DNA of 64,000 nucleotides from a virus. Below the pieces are notes generated by a model. It was not told the origin of the DNA. It saw only the letters and a program-made list of their open reading frames with translations, and ran no database searches. The DNA is taken from positions 17,778-81,777 of IMG/VR virus record IMGVR_UViG_3300032223_001001; one strand, 5' to 3'. Shown here one piece after another: positions 59,503 through 64,000 of this stretch. The position numbers and the translations under genes are program-made. Each line of letters begins with the position of its first letter. The stretch's first letter is position 1.

Positions 59503-62301
59503 TTATATAAATTCTTCCCACCCTTCTTCAGCTAGGTCGTAGATATAATTTGGGTCAATACCAACCCTGTCCCAAAAATCTAATTCTTGTTTTGTAATAG
59601 TCAATAAATCCTCAACAGTGTCTTGATCTTCAGGTTTGAATGGGATACCATTAATCAATTTACATTGTTCAGTAGTGAAAAATGAACGTTCCTCCGGATC
59701 CGTTGTTAACAAATTATCACGTACTTCTTGACCAAACACAATCAACAACGGTCCAATACGTTTATTGAAGGTAGCAACCGCTCTAGGTACATTATATACA
59801 CCGGTCATATCTGGATTATTCTCAAACTCCGAGTTATCCAACATATAACAATTAAGTTGAACAATTGAAGTTAAATTTTCAGGTATCGACCCACCATACG
59901 CAGTTATATGTTCATCCTTCCACCCCGCTTTTGGTTTGTTCACCTTTTGAACATCACCATGGGAGGCTTTTACTCCATTGTTAACGTAATATATAACATC
60001 ACCTAAACTAGTATTTAATTTATTCTTAATCACCAATTCCATATGTGCCATCCTGGACATCGCACCGCCCGATTTAGTTGTCTGTGTGGCCCTTATTTTA
60101 TAATCCTTAATGGATAACTTAACCTTAGCTCGTTGTGCAATTTTCATTAATGGAATTTCTTGATTAAATATTTTTGTTAAATATTCATAATACCATTCCA
60201 CAAACGCTTTACCATCACCCTCCAATAACTGTTTAACTCCCTTATCCAAAAACTCCTCGATATAGATGGGGAGTTTTTTTGACTTGATTGTATTACCAGT
60301 TAATTTAACTTTTCCATCATGTTCCATGGTGGCATAATTTTTTCTGGCTAAGTTAATACATGACTTCCAGGTCCCATCATTGTCCAGGCCTTGAGTTTTT
60401 TTCATGAAAATATCATTAAATTGTGCAACATCTGCGTCGTATCCAGTGTATTCTTTACCTTCTTTAACTAACCAATTCAAACCTTTACCAACATATTTAA
60501 CATGGTCAACACCCCCCTCTGGTAGTGCAAAGTTCACGCCGTCTGTGTCCATTACGTTTGGGTCATACTTTTTCTTCATAAAAAATTTCACCATTTGTCT
60601 TAAATATTGACGTCCTGTTGCAGTTATTTGTTCACCCTTATCCATATCGGCCCAATTGAATACTTGAGGAGCGGATAACGCACCAAATAACGAATTGATA
60701 AAGATCTTCAGGGGTAACTGAAACCTATCATATTTTAATGAAATTTTCTTATCTTTTGACTTCCATTCAGATGCTAAATTTTTATTTTTAATACGTTCAT
60801 TTCTAAAGTAGGTTAACATCCCCTTCATTACACCCGTTACATCACAATCTGGGAATACATCGTGTGTTAATTGAATTGATGGGTATAGTGATGAATAATC
60901 CAGTTTTAATATATCTTCTGAATACCCCACCTTTAACAATCTAGATAGTCCCCCCACGAAATCCCTTTTTTCTTGTTTTTTAGGTATTGCGAGTTTGTGT
61001 TTGAATGAATAAGCTAGTAATATGATTTTCCATAGACTGGCAGTACCCATCGTTGAAATGCGTTCATATGTTGTTGGTACGAGTGTTGCGAGTAGGAATG
61101 TTCCCTGGTTAAATTCTTCATCCACCAGTAGGGTTTCTTCCAAGTCATCGTCAAGATAACGTTCCACTAGGTTATCCCCAGTTGTTTTAATATATTTATC
61201 TGGGTGTTTTTGACAAGCGTTATCAATTTTTTGATCAACACCAACTTTTCTATAATTCCCATTTTCGATGTTTAACCAGTATTCTTCTTTTTTTGCGTAG
61301 AATGGTCCAATATCTAGGTGATCGATGTATACACGGTCTTTTGCTTCGGCATCAATATATTTTGTTATATATTTTAGTCCCGCGGATTTAATTCCGGAGT
61401 TAATTGCTTGTGCGCGACGAACGGAGTGTATGATATCAATAACGTTATAACCCCACATTCCGACTTGGTTATATCGTTCAACTTCGTTTGCTAGTTTTAA
61501 TAGATTTTCCCTTTGCTTGATTGTTTCTTTTGAATGTAGTGTTTTACATATTCTTTTGATATCTATGTTTAACATTTTGCAACGTTCAAAAATCCAGTAC
61601 CAGTCGAAGTTTGCGGAGTTATAACCACCAATGATTGTTGGTTTTAGTTCATCAATAATTCTAAAGAATTCGACAATACCTTTGCGTTCCTCGTCAGGTG
61701 TTGCACATTCTATCACATGTTTGTATCCTTTATTTGTTTTGATTCCAATCATGAATATACGACCGTCTTTTGGTTCAAGTGCGGTCGTCTCAAGGTCGAA
61801 TACAAGTCTGGTGATATCATTATATTCTTCAAAACCCTTGAATAGTCTTTTTTCTTTTGAAATAAGATATTGTTCAACTGGTGATAGGATGATTATTTTA
61901 TCCTTGATTGCTTCACCCCATGGATCAAGACCACCATCCCTAAAGAATTGAACTAAAGATCTATACCCTTTTAATGAACGGACAAGGTATTTTAATCCGG
62001 TTTCAAGACGTTCATTTGTTGAACCATCTTCATTTGTTGTTCTTAATTTTTCAATGATTATTTTATGTTTGGACATCCCTTCCTTTTGTTGTCCTTTTGA
62101 ATCATTATAGAAGTTTAAACCTCGTAGATCACCTACCCAACAGAATGCTGCGAATGAATCTTTAATGATTTGTTTTCCCTTGATTGGGTCTTCTTTTATT
62201 TTATATATGGAATCTGAAATATAATCGTATTCTACTGCTACGATATATTGTTCTGGATCATTTCCTTCTAGGAATGATTTAATATCTTGTTCACTTATCA
62301 T
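59503..62301 (-). CDS. Family B DNA polymerase
   Basis: Exo FDLET, GYNS..FD; pol DYSSLYPS, K...NS.FG, DTDG. Confidence 0.96.
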   Translation of the reverse strand: MISEQDIKSFLEGNDPEQYIVAVEYDYISDSIYKIKEDPIKGKQIIKDSFAAFCWVGDLRGLNFYNDSKGQQKEGMSKHKIIIEKLRTTNEDGSTNERLETGLKYLVRSLKGYRSLVQFFRDGGLDPWGEAIKDKIIILSPVEQYLISKEKRLFKGFEEYNDITRLVFDLETTALEPKDGRIFMIGIKTNKGYKHVIECATPDEERKGIVEFFRIIDELKPTIIGGYNSANFDWYWIFERCKMLNIDIKRICKTLHSKETIKQRENLLKLANEVERYNQVGMWGYNVIDIIHSVRRAQAINSGIKSAGLKYITKYIDAEAKDRVYIDHLDIGPFYAKKEEYWLNIENGNYRKVGVDQKIDNACQKHPDKYIKTTGDNLVERYLDDDLEETLLVDEEFNQGTFLLATLVPTTYERISTMGTASLWKIILLAYSFKHKLAIPKKQEKRDFVGGLSRLLKVGYSEDILKLDYSSLYPSIQLTHDVFPDCDVTGVMKGMLTYFRNERIKNKNLASEWKSKDKKISLKYDRFQLPLKIFINSLFGALSAPQVFNWADMDKGEQITATGRQYLRQMVKFFMKKKYDPNVMDTDGVNFALPEGGVDHVKYVGKGLNWLVKEGKEYTGYDADVAQFNDIFMKKTQGLDNDGTWKSCINLARKNYATMEHDGKVKLTGNTIKSKKLPIYIEEFLDKGVKQLLEGDGKAFVEWYYEYLTKIFNQEIPLMKIAQRAKVKLSIKDYKIRATQTTKSGGAMSRMAHMELVIKNKLNTSLGDVIYYVNNGVKASHGDVQKVNKPKAGWKDEHITAYGGSIPENLTSIVQLNCYMLDNSEFENNPDMTGVYNVPRAVATFNKRIGPLLIVFGQEVRDNLLTTDPEERSFFTTEQCKLINGIPFKPEDQDTVEDLLTITKQELDFWDRVGIDPNYIYDLAEEGWEEFI

Positions 62302-62368
62302 CTTGTTACTATTTTAATTGTTAGCGTATTAGCTCCAAAAGTTAATTTTTGGGTTTGCCTTATTAAAA

Positions 62369-62399
62369 CAAATATAGTGTTTTAATGGTGATAAGTCAA
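62369..62399 (-). promoter_or_regulatory. Host-RNAP promoter upstream of polymerase
   Basis: TTGACT-N17-TATATTTG on minus strand (also fits Bacteroidota TAnnTTTG). Confidence 0.65.
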
Positions 62400-62407
62400 T
62401 TAAAATG

Positions 62408-62441
62408 AAAAACCCCCCCATTTTATTATGGAGGGTTTTTT
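62408..62441 (-). terminator. Terminator (copy of 25722-25752)
   Basis: aaacccccccattttattatggagggtttt. Confidence 0.65.
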
Positions 62442-62447
62442 TATTAA

Positions 62448-63668
62448 TTATTTTTTTGATTTTCTATTTTTGATATTCTTTTTGGTGTACAAGTTTGTTT
62501 TTTCATCATAAACAAGACCTTTATTCCCCCCATTGAATAAATTAAATATTAGGTCGTCGTATGTTTTAACCACATCTGCGTTACTGGATAAGTATCTAAA
62601 CATTGCTTTAGCATTACGTTCAGAATATTCTTTAAGATTCTTATCATGGTTCTCTAACACCCAGTTTAATAATTCACCTGCTTTTGCGGTATCTGAACCT
62701 TCATAGTAATATCCGATATCTTTACACATCGGTGCGTTATGGATAACTGGGTAACCCATAAATGCAGCATCCAAATAAATATAATTTAATGGGTTTAATA
62801 ATTGGTGACAAATTAATACATCCGCATGTTGAGACAACATAAATGCCGTTTGATATCTTTTTTCCGCAAAAATTTTATTATCTTGGTATAGATCAAAAGT
62901 TTGAATTAAAGATAAAAACCCTTTATGTTTTGCAATATCATCTGAATTGGTGATTAATAATTTTTCAATTTTGTTTTTTCCAGTTTCAGTTCTATATGAT
63001 TCTTCCGCAATCATTGTCGGTATTAAACAAAACTTAACAACATTTAAGTTTGGTTCCATAACGGCTAATACCTTTTTTTCTTTTGTTGAGTCGTATTTAT
63101 AAGATTTTTTGAATCTTCCAGCTAGGAAGTTTTTCTCGATTTCAACTAAACTTCCCAATAAAAACTTATGATCCCAAATAAAAGGTACGATAACAGGTTC
63201 TGCTCTATATAATGTTTTATAAAACCCAACATTTGTTTCATGTTGTTGTGGTACATACCAAACTTCGTCGAATTCTTTTTCAAACTCAAAATAAGTATTA
63301 CCCTCCTTGAACAACATTTCCTCAACGGCTAATACATAATTATTACCACATCTATACCCGATAACTTTTTTATCTGGGTGATTTTGGAAATACTCCATGT
63401 ACTTTTGTTCAACTTGTGAACCCATACAAATTAATAAGTCAATTTCTTCGTGTTTGTCCTTTAATGACGCAATATTAACATCTTTAAACGCATGTGGTTT
63501 TTCGGTTAAGTCTAAATTCGTTGTGTTTAATATCCAAACATCATAATTCTTAACAGAATGTGATAAAAGTTTATATAAAAATAAAACATTTTGTTTCATT
63601 CCATTTGTCCAGATTGATTCATCCGTTGATTTTAATCCGATCGTAATTCCAATTTTTAACTTCTTCAT
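62448..63668 (-). CDS. DUF2827-like / glycosyltransferase-fold protein
   Basis: SIWTNGMKQN, CGNNY, VPFIW, MEPN..VVK...P, HQ..NPLNY.Y.D, YPVIHN, GYYY. Confidence 0.65.
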   Translation of the reverse strand: MKKLKIGITIGLKSTDESIWTNGMKQNVLFLYKLLSHSVKNYDVWILNTTNLDLTEKPHAFKDVNIASLKDKHEEIDLLICMGSQVEQKYMEYFQNHPDKKVIGYRCGNNYVLAVEEMLFKEGNTYFEFEKEFDEVWYVPQQHETNVGFYKTLYRAEPVIVPFIWDHKFLLGSLVEIEKNFLAGRFKKSYKYDSTKEKKVLAVMEPNLNVVKFCLIPTMIAEESYRTETGKNKIEKLLITNSDDIAKHKGFLSLIQTFDLYQDNKIFAEKRYQTAFMLSQHADVLICHQLLNPLNYIYLDAAFMGYPVIHNAPMCKDIGYYYEGSDTAKAGELLNWVLENHDKNLKEYSERNAKAMFRYLSSNADVVKTYDDLIFNLFNGGNKGLVYDEKTNLYTKKNIKNRKSKK

Positions 63669-63697
63669 GATATAATAATAATTTTATTTTGTTATAG

Positions 63698-63709
63698 ATA
63701 AATATTTAT
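63698..63709. promoter_or_regulatory. Palindromic bidirectional TATTTAT motif between divergent genes
   Basis: ATAAATATTTAT perfect palindrome. Confidence 0.55.
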
Positions 63710-63720
63710 AAATTAAAAAG

Positions 63721-64000
63721 GTGGAAGAAAAAATACATGAACTTCATATAAATAAGATAATTCAAGAATATTCTTATCTTAAATCGGATGAAGAATTCAA
63801 AAAAGAAGTTATTTCAACAAAACAATCCGAATTCTTAAAAATCATAAATCAAACACTACAAACATTTTCCCCCGATCAAATAAGGAAACATGATGATACC
63901 CAACCACCACCGGTGATAAATAAAAAAAAGGGTATTGATATTGATGAAATCCCACACAATACAAAAATTAAGGCTAAAAATGTATATCGTGATATTGTAA
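63721..64000 (+). CDS. Partial hypothetical protein (possibly J-domain-like)
   Basis: GTG start, open to window end, ends KAKNVYRDIV. Confidence 0.5.
   Translation, partial: MEEKIHELHINKIIQEYSYLKSDEEFKKEVISTKQSEFLKIINQTLQTFSPDQIRKHDDTQPPPVINKKKGIDIDEIPHNTKIKAKNVYRDIV

Noticed and set aside
1136-61951. Many short antisense or nested ORFs in the track (e.g. 27149-27787+, 32815-33381+, 6891-7322+)
   Set aside because: Lie inside long well-supported genes, with no motifs or expression signals
59503-62301. Intein in DNA polymerase (or RecA/NrdB)
   Set aside because: Catalytic motifs are contiguous; no intein blocks seen
1-64000. Stop-codon reassignment explaining the split nrdA/dnaB
   Set aside because: Long genes read through in the standard code, TAA/TAG/TGA all end genes, and the breaks fall precisely at intein N/C boundaries
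1-64000. tRNA/rRNA genes, reverse transcriptase, retron or complete DGR
   Set aside because: No cloverleaf-like intergenic sequence or RT motif recognised by eye; tRNAscan/Infernal would be needed to exclude formally

Overview
A 64-kb, AT-rich, standard-code segment of a large (jumbo-type) myovirus genome, mostly minus-strand. The host is probably Bacteroidota, judged from TAnnTTTG promoters and A-rich, Shine-Dalgarno-less starts. It carries virion genes (gp6/gp25/gp53-like baseplate, hub and tube-initiator giants, tape measure, chaperone with a likely +1 frameshift, sheath, neck gp13/14/15-like) and replication genes (NrdA/NrdB, DnaB, 5'-3' exonuclease, RecA, SSB, SNF2 helicase, family-B polymerase). 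Selfish elements are dense. There are five inteins: two naturally split inteins with opposite charge polarity that fracture nrdA and dnaB, two related class-3 (WCT) inteins in GVGK|T P-loops (one starting with Glu), and one mini-intein. Two IS607 elements are present: one cleanly interrupts a glycosyltransferase and has a TnpB lacking the RuvC-III Asp, the other sits in an HNH gene and has a Fanzor-type rearranged RuvC. There are also two RHH+HNH cassettes. The best candidate for an undescribed system is the 47-57 kb accessory cluster. It has reusable promoter+N-terminal-leader cassettes (I/L-x-E-Q motifs resembling prohead-protease/capsid-targeting signals) fused to different cargoes, including two PD-(D/E)XK-like nucleases, next to two combinatorially shuffled 20-aa LRR genes. 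All family assignments come from motif recognition by eye; no database search was run.
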